Source: Epithemia pelagica
Lineage: Eukaryota; Protista; Bacillariophyta
DNA: 64,000 nucleotides
Reading direction: 5' to 3'
NCBI GenBank assembly: GCA_946965045.2
Contig: OX337239.1
Span: forward strand, 3,038,001-3,102,000
Part shown: positions 18,258-30,130 of the stretch, in pieces
How the letters are laid out: every line of letters begins with the position of its first letter
Numbering within the stretch: the stretch's first letter is position 1
Translations under genes and position numbers: made by a program
Notes under the pieces: model-generated
What the model was told of the DNA's origin: nothing
The model's database searches: none
What the model saw: the letters and a program-made list of their open reading frames with translations, nothing else

Positions 18258-20551
18258 GATGCTACAAATATTTCACAAAGCTGGATATTTCCATGTGTTT
18301 CTATACCTTTCGACTTGATAAAGAGTCCAGCAATCTTTGCGTCATTACTACGCCTTTTCGCAAATTCCGTTACCGTTGTCTGCCGATGGGTGTCAAACAA
18401 TCTCATGATTTTTGTCAAGAGATCATGGAAGAAGTCCTCAAGGACTTCAGTGACCATGTCGAAGTCTATATTGACGACATTGGCATCTTCTCCAGTTCTT
18501 GGGAAGAACATGTAGACATCCTGTCCAAAGTTCTCCAACGTCTTCAAGACAAGAACTTCTCCATTAACTCTTCCAAATGTGAATGGGCCATTAAAGAAAT
18601 GGAATGGCTCGGCCATTGGCTCACGCCCACTGTGATCAAGCCCTGGAAGAAGAAAATCTCTGCCAATCTGGCATTGGCTACGCCAAAGACCATGAAAGAA
18701 CCTCGTTCCTTCATTGGCATGATCAATTTCTATCGCCATATGTATCCACAACGCTCCCATATTCTTGCTCCCCTTCGACCTCCTCTACGGATGCCTTGCC
18801 GCCGCATCCACGATCGCTATATTATCATAGCGGACAACACTCAGTGTTGCAAGTGCCTCATGGCCCTAATGATGACCCCTGCTCTCATCACCGCGTGACC
18901 CAGACGCTTTCGAATCTCTCATCTTCATGAATGAGGATTTGATCGATGTCTACCTCAATCATCCTCCCATCATGGCAAATCAACCCTTGCCTGTCGACTA
19001 TGCGACTATTCATCAACATCAACAGAACGATGCCGCTCTTGTGGCCAAGTTGACCGAACAACCACAGAGATTCCATCTCCAACCCTTCCCTACAGAAAAT
19101 CCACAACAATGCAACTTGATTTGTTATCGTCAAAATCCTAATGGCGTATGGCGCATTCGTATCCGAGACAGCCTCTTGGCCCATACCGTCAATTGGTATC
19201 ACCTGTCCCTCAATCACTTGGGGTCATCGCGTCTTCGTGAGACGATCTCTATGCACATGAGTCATCCTAATTTGAGCTTGTATTGTGAACAAGCCGTGAC
19301 TAGTTGTGCTACATGCCAACGCTCTAAAGTCATACATTGTCATTATGGTGAACTCCCTCCTCGCGAGGTCCGAGGCAATCCATGGGCTGACATCTCTGTC
19401 GACCTCATTGGACCGTGGAACGTCACCGCTCATGGGCAAAAATTAACATTTCAAGCCTTGACTATTATCGATAATGTCACTAACTTCTGCAAACTCATTC
19501 GCATTCATGATAAGACGGCACGTCACGTGGGTCTTCAACTGGAAAACGCGTGACTCTCGCGCTATCGTCGTCCCGTTCGTTGCCTTTTTGATCAAGGCGG
19601 TGAATTTATCGGACATGCGTTCACGCAAGTTCTTCGAAACCATGGCATTAAGCCAATGCCGTGGACGGCCAAGAATCATCAATCAAATGCTCTTTGCGAG
19701 CGGTAACATTTGACTATTGGCAACACTCTTCGTGTGATCACCAACTATGAACCACCACAAGATGTGCAAAATGCTGCACTTGCCGTGGATACTGCTCTGC
19801 AGACCGCTGCGTACTCCACTCGCACTACCATTCACGGCGCTTTGAAATATTCTCCCGGCAGCCTTGCGTTTCATCGCGACATGCTGTTCGACAGCCCTAC
19901 CATCGCAGACAAGGAAACAGTCCGTCTGAAACGACAACAGATTGTCGATGAACGCGCTCGTCTCGCAAATCGTTCTCGTGTCTTTCATGATTACGCTGTC
20001 AACGATCGTGTGTTGCTCCGCGCCACGAATCCGGACAAGCTTGAGCTCCGCACAAGCCCCAATCCCTTTCGGATTACACAGGTCCATTCCAATGGCACTG
20101 TGACTATCCAACGTGGTCCCCACGTCACTGAACGAATCAACATTCGACGCCTTGTTCCATTTCGTGAATAAATGGGTTTTAATGCTGGCCACCAAGCTTT
20201 CCCATTCTTGTCCCGCTCGAACTCCCTAGGTCCGACCAGGGAGAGGTAGAGTGCGGTACCCCTAAATGGATCCCGCCATACGTGTCACCACGTTCCATTC
20301 CCGGTTCGCGTTCTTGACACTGCGACATGAATCTTCCGCCATCTGGCTGTTCCTCCTCCAGTCATTTCTCGTCGCACGTGGCACTGTGGATTCCTCATTT
20401 CCTCCTTACTCCTGAAGATCACAATTTTCATATCGTGCTATTTTACACGGGTATGGCACCTTGCCCGACCCCAGCCTTCGGCCTAAATATAGCTAGCCCT
20501 CGCGAAATTAGCGATCAGCCCTAGAGCTACCCAATAAGAGAGGTATAGTCA
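18258..20551 (+). mobile_element. Decayed Ty3/Gypsy LTR retrotransposon: partial RT, integrase, putative PPT and 3' LTR
   Basis: RT motifs YKYFTKLDISM, TTPFRKFRYRCLPMG and VYIDD. Integrase motifs YHLSLNHLG…CATC, PWADISVDLIGPW and DQGGEF. RT precedes INT, as in Gypsy. RNase H is missing and there are internal stops. A purine tract at 20238-20251 is followed by TG at 20252, with a possible CA end at 20551 (tentative). Confidence 0.85.
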
Positions 20552-20948
20552 TCCTTGGGGAACCAAAAAAGAGCAACAAAACCAACAACGTTTGGTTATC
20601 CAAACTGATGAAATAACGGCCAGGAGGACATGTCACGCCCTATGCAATGGGGAGTGGAAAATGCCATTGGCCATTGCATAGACAGCCAACATTTAACCTC
20701 CCCCGATCATAGACAGCCACGAATGGGGACAATCGTTCCAAGATCATTCCCAAGATCTCAACTGGAACACACAACATTGACACTAGCTTTAACACACAAT
20801 ATTAGAACTTTATCCTACGGATTGAGCTCTTTTCTTCTGCCTACCTTGTGTAATCTTGATGTTGGTTTTATTGAATATTGAGGCCTGTTTTACTATGTTC
20901 TCGATGCAATGAGCTGTTACATTCGTGCTGTATTTCTCATTACCAGCA

Positions 20949-22052
20949 CTATGATTTCCACTGACCTGCTTCTCTAGTATTGTATTCCACAGCCATCTGA
21001 AATCCACTCTCGCCATTTCTTGTCTGAGCCTCAAGAAAATATTTCGTCCATTCCCATGGAAGACCTCCGTAGTATCTCATGGCCCATAACACGTTTCCGT
21101 ATTCCAAGTAGGAAGTGTTGAACTTGTTGTCTTCCCTGCCACCATTCATATGAACCATGGCTGCTTTCGGCGCATTTTGAACAAGCCTTGTTCCATTCCC
21201 TTTCCAGCGCCAAAAATTGTCGGCTCGGTGCAAATTCCACTGTTGGGGAAGGTACGGAACGAGGTCTGGGCGAACATTGGAGAGTGTCCGCAGTACAGAC
21301 TGATCATCAATCATTCCTGTACTAGCAGAAATATTCGAATGCGCCTTCTTCACCAGTTTCCAAAAGTTTTGCCGCCTCATTTGTTCCAAATTGAATAATC
21401 CAAACCCCGAGCACTTGGCCTCTCCCCATTGTAATATGCTCGTGGCATTTCGATGTCGCCAAAGGTCTCCTAAATTAGACAATACTGCGGTATCCGTATC
21501 CATGTAGATCACATGCTTCACAGTTGGCGGCAAAACTTCGAAGGCAAATAGGCGAAACATGGCACCAATGGTATGATGTTTCCTCAGTTGTTTGTTGGTC
21601 GCCTGTTCAAAGATGGTTTCCCACTTTTCCTTTTGATTTTCCACGTCGTAGTTCTTGATGTTGATCGGATTTCTTGTCGTCCAATCGCGCAATCCGATTG
21701 AATTGAATCTGGAACGAATCGCCTTGTAGGCAGGGTCGTCCGTAATGATATGAACGGTCATCCCCCCGTCCAACGGAGCATTCAACAAGCAAGATTTCAA
21801 GGAAGCAGAAAACTCGTCCAAAGAGTCCTTATTGTCTCCACTGAGCGTGTATAGAACGTGAACTTCATTGTCTTGGGGAAATGTAAAGGGATCGTTTTTC
21901 AATGCCTCAAGAGCTTCTTTATCCTTAGTGAAAGCTCCAAGATATACCACATTGACTGTCGTCACCAAACCAAGCCCTATCAACAACACCAGCAATGTTC
22001 CGACAAAAGAAGACATGGAATTGCGACGACTTGGCTCCATTTCCTTATTCAT
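20949..22052 (-). CDS. Glycosyltransferase family 8 protein, type II membrane
   Basis: N-terminal TM segment (FVGTLLVLLIGLGLVTTVNVVYL), FRLFAFEVLP, VIYMDTDT (DxD), DQSVL and VHMNGG. The 367-aa ORF is intact. Confidence 0.85.
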   Translation of the reverse strand: MNKEMEPSRRNSMSSFVGTLLVLLIGLGLVTTVNVVYLGAFTKDKEALEALKNDPFTFPQDNEVHVLYTLSGDNKDSLDEFSASLKSCLLNAPLDGGMTVHIITDDPAYKAIRSRFNSIGLRDWTTRNPINIKNYDVENQKEKWETIFEQATNKQLRKHHTIGAMFRLFAFEVLPPTVKHVIYMDTDTAVLSNLGDLWRHRNATSILQWGEAKCSGFGLFNLEQMRRQNFWKLVKKAHSNISASTGMIDDQSVLRTLSNVRPDLVPYLPQQWNLHRADNFWRWKGNGTRLVQNAPKAAMVHMNGGREDNKFNTSYLEYGNVLWAMRYYGGLPWEWTKYFLEAQTRNGESGFQMAVEYNTREAGQWKS

Positions 22053-23857
22053 GTGTTTTTGGTTTTAGGTTGTTGATTGTTGATACGTTGGAAGTCAATG
22101 ATTCGTCATTATGACCGTCCCAACAGACTTTTTCAAACCTGAGTTCTCGGTGGGATTAAATCAAAATTTCTCCTAGTAGTAGTTATAAGGACGGGGTGTT
22201 GTTTCATTCAGGTGGTCAGAGCGTGACTCACGGATCCCGGTCGTTGGGATTGTTCTGGGGGAAGTCATGCCGAATCGGATCTTATCGGTCACTCCCGATT
22301 AACCACACCCAGTTTTTGGGCACCAGTGGTCTGCCTGTCAACTCTTTCATGGTCTGTGCCGCTCACCAAAAACTCAAACTTGTCTAGAAAAAAATTATTA
22401 TACATCCGTCTGGAAAGGCTTGCGTGATATGGCAGTTGAAAGTTGGCAGGCGTTCTGATGAACAAGACTCGAAAGAATGTCCGGTCCGGTCCGGACGCCA
22501 CAAAACCCACGCAGAAAACAAAATGAGGCAACGACCAAACCAACAACAACACCAAAACGGCCTCATGCTTCGTCACTGAGCACTGAGCATCTCATCTTTG
22601 TCAGCATGGTAAGTTCCACATAGCTTAACCCCTGCATTGGAATTGGACAATGGTTTGGGATAGGTTCTCTCACTTCTTTGTCATGGTGCCATGTGTTTGT
22701 GCCGTATAACATCCATTTTTGGTCCATTCAATGGGCGGCAGCTAAAATCAATTCTAGGATTCTTTTAGTATTCTATAGAGTTTTAAAGCTCAGTGAGATA
22801 GAATTAGTGGTGCAAATCATCTGTTGCTCAGATTGAGTCTTCAGTTGCTTGTGTTGTCGACTTGCTCCTCTTGTTCTTTTTCTGCCCGGAGCATGCTGAT
22901 GTTTCTGAGCAGCATTTGGGACTCTGCATGCTCCATAACAAAAGCACGAAGAGAGTCATTCCAAATAGGGGTGTAGGGTGTAGTTTTAGGTCAAGGTCAC
23001 AATTGCTTGCAAAGAGACATGCCTACGGCATAGACAAGGTGTTGTGGATGAGGGTGTGCTTTTAAACCGAGAACTACAGGAGAAAAAAAACTAGAAAAAG
23101 GAGGGATGGGGCACAGCCAGACTCTATCTATGGTCTATTCATGTAAAAAATGTCAGTGGTATGCATGATAGAGAATGCATGGTCATGGTGCATGTCCATT
23201 GTCCATGAGAAAGAGGGAGAAGAGGAGAAGACGAGAAAAAATTGTGTCGATTTAACAGGGGAAAGTGAGGACGAACAAAGACCAACGGTCAAAGCGCGCA
23301 CGTCTGCTCACAAGATTTCAAAAGGGGGACCCAGAAGGCTGGCGTGATCATTTTCATTTTGACCAGAAATTTTCATCAAAAACGCAAAAAAACGAAAATG
23401 AAAATGTTGGTCGCGAAGAGCGACCGGATTAAAAAACTGGGTGTGCTTAATCGGGAGTACGACGTCACATCCTCCCCAACATGTGCTATTGCCCTCACAA
23501 TTGCCTGTTTCAATGACCGTTGGGGAGCGGGGGAAGATGACTGAGTTTTCACAAGATTACTGGTTGGGAAAGAAGAGAAACCAGTAATGGGGGGGGGGGA
23601 ATTACAGTGAGTGCTCACAACTGAACCCTGGATCTTCACCGCTGGGGATAAGTCCGAACCCATCAGCAATAACAGGTTCCAAAAACGCCCATGATACTTC
23701 ATCCCGTTGCTATGGTCACGATTTGTCTCGAAACCATTCCATTTCGTCAAGTCAGTCGTCGTGCTTCCAGTCCACACCCATCATAATGAAAGCAAACTTA
23801 CGTGCCTTACAAGACAGTGTCTCGATCCCCATAAATTCTGCAGTCATTGTTTAGAAC

Positions 23858-24628
23858 CATGATCACGACACTGAAAGAACAAGCACGACAGTCGGGCCTT
23901 GTCCTTTCGAACGAGCCACCTGAATGGAATTTCGAGGACTGGCCTCCTCTTGAGGGTGGATGGCGTTACTATCATGCTTCGGTCGTACTGAATCCTACCG
24001 ATAACAACAAGGAGCAAACGGTCGTCGTGTTGGGCGGATATCGAACATGTCAAGGCGAGGTCAACTCAATTCTTGTATTAAATTTGGCAGAGTCCAACAA
24101 GCAGTGGCGAGAAGGGCCACCAATGAACAAGAGTCGTCGAGGACATTCCGCTGTTGTGTGCAACGGAAGCATCTACGTGATGGGAGGTCGCAATACAGCA
24201 ACTTTGGATTGTATCGAACGCATTGATGCGAACGATATACTACAAGCATCTTTAACAGCAAGCACCACACATACGATGAATTGGACGATTATCATCTGGA
24301 CGACATGGATGTTGTGCTGTTGCGGTTCACAACCGATACATCGTAGTAGTGGGTGGATACAGCGATCGTTATTTGTCGTCGGTGGACATTATAGATACAA
24401 ACAACCACACTGTCACTGCGGGACCAAGCATGACTGTTCCTCAACGATTATGTGCCAGTGCGGTTATTGGTCACCGCATCTTTGTCGTTGGAGGCCAAAA
24501 CGATCAAAACCCACTTGATTCGCTGGAGTCTTTGGACTTTGCAGAGGAGAGAAAAGACGACACTTTGTCTGCAGTCATTTCCTTCTCGTCTAGTTGGACC
24601 ACTCACTCTGAATTGATACTTTCCAATC
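23858..24628 (+). pseudogene. Kelch-repeat protein paralogue K1, frameshifted and 3'-truncated
   Basis: 5' part is nearly identical to K2. There is a deletion and frameshift near 24290, and homology ends at CTTTCCAAT (24628) against the Copia remnant. Confidence 0.85.
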
Positions 24629-27176
24629 GTCCCTAGCAGAATCTTACGAACTGCAAACCGGAACTCTTCCGAATGACCATGGGAACCTCCCTCAACGGAA
24701 CGGCCGCCTCATTCGGACATTCTACGAACAACTCGTCGGGTGGAACAGAAAACTCCTTCACAATGAGAACTCCCCATAGATTTAGAGGGATCTTGAATCC
24801 AGTCGTTGGAAAGATTATTGCATGGTCGTCCGTCGTTGGGTCGTCCGTGTGGATCTTGGCTCGTTCGTTGACCTTGATCCCAGCTTCTCGCAACACGAAT
24901 GGAGGGATGAGATTGTTAGCCATTGCCACCACCCGAATAGCATTCAGAATGACTAACAAGAAGGTCTTCCCACTGTAGGGACAATCGTAGCGTACATTTG
25001 CATAAACTAATTCCGCCTCCATAGACTTGTATTGCGGAGTGAACGGACTGACGTCGACCTTTTTTCCAGAGTTGTTTATTACATACGCATGCCGTCCAAC
25101 GACGGGCATGTTTGCATGGCTGTCCAGTTCGGTGCGGTGACCACCAACATGATCTTCCATGTCGGTCATTTCTTCATCGTTGCTTGCCGTTGCAGCCGCC
25201 ACTGCAGCGAAACAACGATTAGGAATTTGAAATTTAGACTTGCACATGCATTCGCATTTGCCTGGGTCCCACTGTTTGGCATCCGGCTACAATACCTCAC
25301 CTCCTCTCAATGATGAGGAAATGAGAGGTATGGCCGGACCCCGTCAGGCTTGCTTCGCCTGTTTAAGGATCGCCTGGAGGGTGGTAGATTTCTTAGGTGG
25401 TTGTGGGTTGGCGGTCGAGGGTGGCGGGGGGAGAGCCAACTGTGATTGCATGGTGGCTTGAACGATAGAGGCAATTTGAGCCTGCAAATCATTGGCCTGT
25501 TCTTCCTCCTCTGCCTTTTGAGCAAACTTCTTGAGCTCGTTTGCCACCACGGATGCCAATTGGCGTTTAGCCGACTTGGTTTTGCCATTCTTCCCACTAT
25601 TGGATTTTCCGTCGCCATTCTTCTTCTTCGGCTTTGACTCGCGCCAGAGTCGAAGTTCATCTTTTTGGGCATTGGTGAGTTTGTCGTACTCAGCAGGGGT
25701 GTGGTAACGAAGATGCACACCTGTTTTCCCAATGCTTGTTTTCTTTGGCTGTGTAGTGGTTGAGCCTACCTCGGCCGTCGTCGGTGCTTGTTCATCATCT
25801 GCCTCGACGGACGAAATCTGAGCTGCACTTCGTTTATTGTTACTCGCCGCGGCCCTCTTCTTGGCCACCGGATCATACGGTAGCAGGTGGGCAGCGGCAG
25901 ATTCAAAATTGTTTCGCATGCCATTAGGGTCATTGTCCGTTCGGACACTTGCCATGGCTGCTTGGAGCCCGGCATCAGAACATTGGATGCCTTCCAATAG
26001 ATAGCCAACACGTGTGTGCTCGTTGGGCAACTGGTAAGATACGTGTTCAGCACATTGCTGCATAGAAACATAAGCATTTCGATGCTGTGCGATGAAACCC
26101 TCGAGTGGAAAACTACTTTGTCCTTTCCATACACGTTGGTGGAGGAGATTGTCTTGTCGTTTGATCCCTGCCTCCCACTTATCCTGACCAGCATACTGAC
26201 TTGTAAGTGCCATCCAGGCACCTCGACCATCTTTTCCTCGCTGATAGGGCTTGATGGATGCCGCATACGTCGTCCCTCTAGTTGCTTCCTCGAGGTGGTA
26301 GTATACTGCCACATTATCTTCACGGTACAATTCATGGTCATGGGATGCACGCGCCACAAGTTCAACTTCAATTGAGCCATACTCTGTCGAATGGGGCTTA
26401 TTGGCTGCTTGTACTGGCGGTACGACTGGAACATCCACCTCTTGTCTGGTGACATAAGCTAGAGGGATTGTTCTCACTCCAATCACACGATTGAGGTAAT
26501 CTTGGAAAGCTTCGGTCCATTTCATGATTGGCAATGCCTTGCTGATCTTGGGAGTTTCGGGTTCATCCCCTTCCTTCCGTGACTTCAATGCCTTCCACTG
26601 TGTCTCAAAATTCTTCATGACCTGGGTCCAACGCATGTTGTTTCCTGTCATGTCACGCCCAACAGTATTGTAGTACCTGACCAGTTCGCATGCCACAGAT
26701 AGGCGATGCTGGGATTTGGCACCAAAAACGAAGGATGGTGTAGGGATTGTTGCTCCAGGGGCCGCACCAGGGGTTGGATCTGGGATCCTTCCTCCCGGTT
26801 TCCTGAGATTGTCCGCTACTTGCTGGAGCGTATCCTTATCGAAGTCGGCTAAGTCGGAAAGTGTCGTGATTCCCTCAACTTGAAGTTGAGTTACAGTAGC
26901 CTGTGGAATGCCCATTTGGTCGGCATCGCGAAAGAAAGATGTCGTTTGGTTAACAGTCAGTACCATGGTGATGTAGTTCACTTGACAGTTTCGGACGATG
27001 TGTCTGATAAACTACTAAAAGTTCGCTTATCAGAAAAATTATTACACTCGTTACATGAAATCTACCCTGATCCACAGGTGGGAGTCTTACACAGCTCCTA
27101 CCAAAATCGGCCACATAGCCGGGGTAGTTTCGACACATTTGTCATGCATTGCCAAATATCGGCCACAATTTCAACA
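24629..27176 (-). mobile_element. Truncated CoDi-like Ty1/Copia element: putative 5' LTR ~27005-27176, gag, protease
   Basis: gag ORF 25344-26981 (GKDGRGAWMALTSQYAG…) and protease TELDSHANMPVVG (24633-25247). No INT, RT, RNase H or 3' LTR is seen. Confidence 0.8.
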
Positions 27177-27330
27177 AGAGTATACATAGACTATCTATAG
27201 AGTAGTTCTGAAAATTTGGATCGTGTTGTTGATGTTCCACATCAGTCCGCAGCCATCAGCCATCAGCATCTCAAAACTGATGCCTTTCGATGATCTCTTC
27301 ATAAATTCGCTGCAGTCATTTTGTGAAACC

Positions 27331-28533
27331 ATGGCCACGACGATGAAAGAACAAGCATGGCAGTCGGGCCTTGTCCTGTTAGACGAGACACCTGAATGGA
27401 ATTTCGAGGACTGGCCTCCTCTTGAGGGTGGATGGCGTTACTATCATGCTTCGGTCGTTCTCGATCATCCCGATAACAAGACGGAACAAACCGTCGTCGT
27501 GTTGGGCGGATATCGAACAGGTTATGGCGAGGTCAATTCCATTCTTGTATTAAATTTGGCAGACCCAGACAAGCAGTGGCGAGAGGGGCCACCAATGAAC
27601 AAGAGTCGTCGAGGACATGCCGCTGTTTTGTGCAATGGCGGCGTCTACGTGATGGGAGGTCGCAATACAGCAACTTTGGATTGTATCGAATGCATTGATG
27701 CGAACGATATACTACAACCATTTTTAACAGCAAGCACCACACATACGAGTAATTGGACGACATTGACATGTCGATTATCAACGCGACGGTTTGGATGTTG
27801 TGCTGTCGCGGTTCACAACCGATACATCGTTGTAATGGGCGGCTACAACGGTCGTTATTTGTCTTCGGTGGATATTATTGACACTAGCAACCATACTGTC
27901 ATTGCAGGACCAAGCATGACTATTCCTCGACAATTTTGTACCAGTGCGGTCATTGGCCACTGCATCTATGTCGTTGGAGGCGAAACAGAGCATGGCCATC
28001 ATCTTGACTCGGTGGAGTACGTGGACTTTGCAAAGTCTTGTTACAATGACGAGACAAAAAAGGAGATTGGTTCGACATTCATTTCTTTCTCGTCGAACTG
28101 GACCGCTCATTCTAATATGGTGCTTTCCAATGCACGAAGTTCTTGTGCAGTGGTTACCGTGGGATCTTGTCTGGTGGTGGCGGGTGGATGGCGCAATTCA
28201 ACTGTGGAAGTCTTGGATACGCACCGCAACCGCGTGTGGAATCTCCCACCATTCGGAAATCGCCGCGATCACTTCAGTATGGCGATTGTTGCCAATCATG
28301 TTGCCGTGATAAGTGGTTTTGGCAGTTCTGCCTGTGCGACATTACCACTACTGGACAAGCATACGTGGTGTTTTCAACGACTCTGTGAGCAGCAGCCCAA
28401 CAGATGGTGTCTTTTGGGGGAAGGAATGAATATCCAACATGCTGATATTTCACGCTTCTCCACCTCGACATCAGCTCATAAACGAGCAAGGCCCGATACA
28501 CGCCGTGGTGATGAAGGAAAGGCTGAAACTTGA
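27331..28533 (+). CDS. Kelch-repeat (6-blade) protein K2, 400 aa
   Basis: Six hydrophobic-GG motifs with downstream W/R. The ATG aligns with the shared paralogue leader MxTTxKEQAWQS. Confidence 0.9.
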   Translation: MATTMKEQAWQSGLVLLDETPEWNFEDWPPLEGGWRYYHASVVLDHPDNKTEQTVVVLGGYRTGYGEVNSILVLNLADPDKQWREGPPMNKSRRGHAAVLCNGGVYVMGGRNTATLDCIECIDANDILQPFLTASTTHTSNWTTLTCRLSTRRFGCCAVAVHNRYIVVMGGYNGRYLSSVDIIDTSNHTVIAGPSMTIPRQFCTSAVIGHCIYVVGGETEHGHHLDSVEYVDFAKSCYNDETKKEIGSTFISFSSNWTAHSNMVLSNARSSCAVVTVGSCLVVAGGWRNSTVEVLDTHRNRVWNLPPFGNRRDHFSMAIVANHVAVISGFGSSACATLPLLDKHTWCFQRLCEQQPNRWCLLGEGMNIQHADISRFSTSTSAHKRARPDTRRGDEGKAET

Positions 28534-30014
28534 AATTTGCAACGTATTGCATGTATGTCCTAACAATAGCGGAACTGTAGCATTATCATTTTACTCTCAA
28601 ACAGTTGGTGTACTGTATTCTTCATGGCATTGCGACCTCTAGAGATATCACATACACCTTTGTACTAGTAGAAAACGAAGGTTACACCATCCGGCATGAC
28701 ACCGCAAACAGGAGTGGAACCAGGCCTCGGGTAGATGTCCATGGTACCATGCCTCTCTGCTGTTGAATGGGTCGCGTTATCATGCAGTGGAAAATTATGG
28801 TTGCGTGCCTGCAACACTTGGCGCAGCGACTCGTTTGGACGGTCGACCATGCGTTCAATTGTGGAGTCCGGGCTTTCTATGGCTAACGCCTACGTGAGAG
28901 GACAGTACCCCGTCTCTCGATGCTTGTGGTTTCGGGTGAGAGAACCCTTTGGAATTTTTGCCACCGAAGTGTTCGATATTTCCTCCACTACAGCAACTAG
29001 TCTTTGTGAAGTCTTTATGATGAGGTCAGCAATTTGCTTGCGTCGATCCAGCAATCAGTCTCTCCGTAGTGGCTCGTTGACAGCCCATGGGTATCGGTCC
29101 ATTGGTATCAACAAGAACAATCTCAATGCCAGTTCCGCCGAAACCTTGTTGCACGACTACAGCACTGTCAAACAGCACTGTTGGACATCAACCACTACAA
29201 TCTCTGTGCCTCGTACAGCACCAACAAAACCACGACCCTCGCCGATCATGTCTTGGCTGTCGTCCAACAGCAGTGTTGGACCTCGATGACTACCACAGTT
29301 GAGTCTCGTACCGAACTCAGCAGTACCAACAACAAAACCACGACGCCGATCATGTCTTGGCTGTAGTCTACTAGAGCTTGTTGTTGTTGTTTTGTTCTTC
29401 TTCTTCGTTGGATTCTGGTTGGTGTTGCTGCCTTGTCGTTCCACACCAACACCCAGCTTGAATCTTTGTATGTATGAGACTTGAAGGGCCTTTCCCATGA
29501 TCAATTCTTCACTACTCCAATCGGACGCGTCGGGAGGGAGTTGAATAGCGTTCCATACTTCAATCCAAAGTACTACGCTTGTCGTCATCGGTGTAACTAT
29601 CCTCTTGGTCCGACTTTAAGCATTCGTCGCAAACATGATGTTTCCATTCATAGCTGTCGTCATATCCACCAGCCATGGTTTGGCACAGGGGAATGCTCCT
29701 CCTCTCTTTTGTCTTCCACATTTGTATGTACCTCCAATGGGGCGACTTTGTTCTCGATTCAGGTCTTCATGGTGTCATGTCGAGAAAGGGTCCACATATC
29801 ATTGGCTACTATAGCTCCTCGGAATGGAAGTAGGATTTTCGTCTAATATAGCCTTATATTGCCCACTCTCATACGCGAGCAAGTGCGGAGCGAAAAAATC
29901 TTGTGCAAAGCAAAAAAAACAGTCCTGGGAAAAAAGTGTGACAGTTAATTAGGGGGGACTCGGAGGTTATAGAAGCAAGCGACATCCCCTCCTGGTCGTG
30001 GGGGCACTTGTCAA

Positions 30015-30130
30015 GGCTATTGACTCCTCGGCGGGCAATAGCTCCTCGTCATGGACCGCCAAATCCGCTGACGCGGATTTAAAAGGCGGTCCACTTCTCG
30101 GAGCTATTGCCCTTCTCGGAGTCAATAGCC
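30015..30130. other. 116-nt imperfect hairpin with four perfect helices (13+13+8+8 bp)
   Basis: GGCTATTGACTCC/GGAGTCAATAGCC, GGGCAATAGCTCC/GGAGCTATTGCCC, GGACCGCC/GGCGGTCC and AAATCCGC/GCGGATTT around a TGAC loop. Confidence 0.9.
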
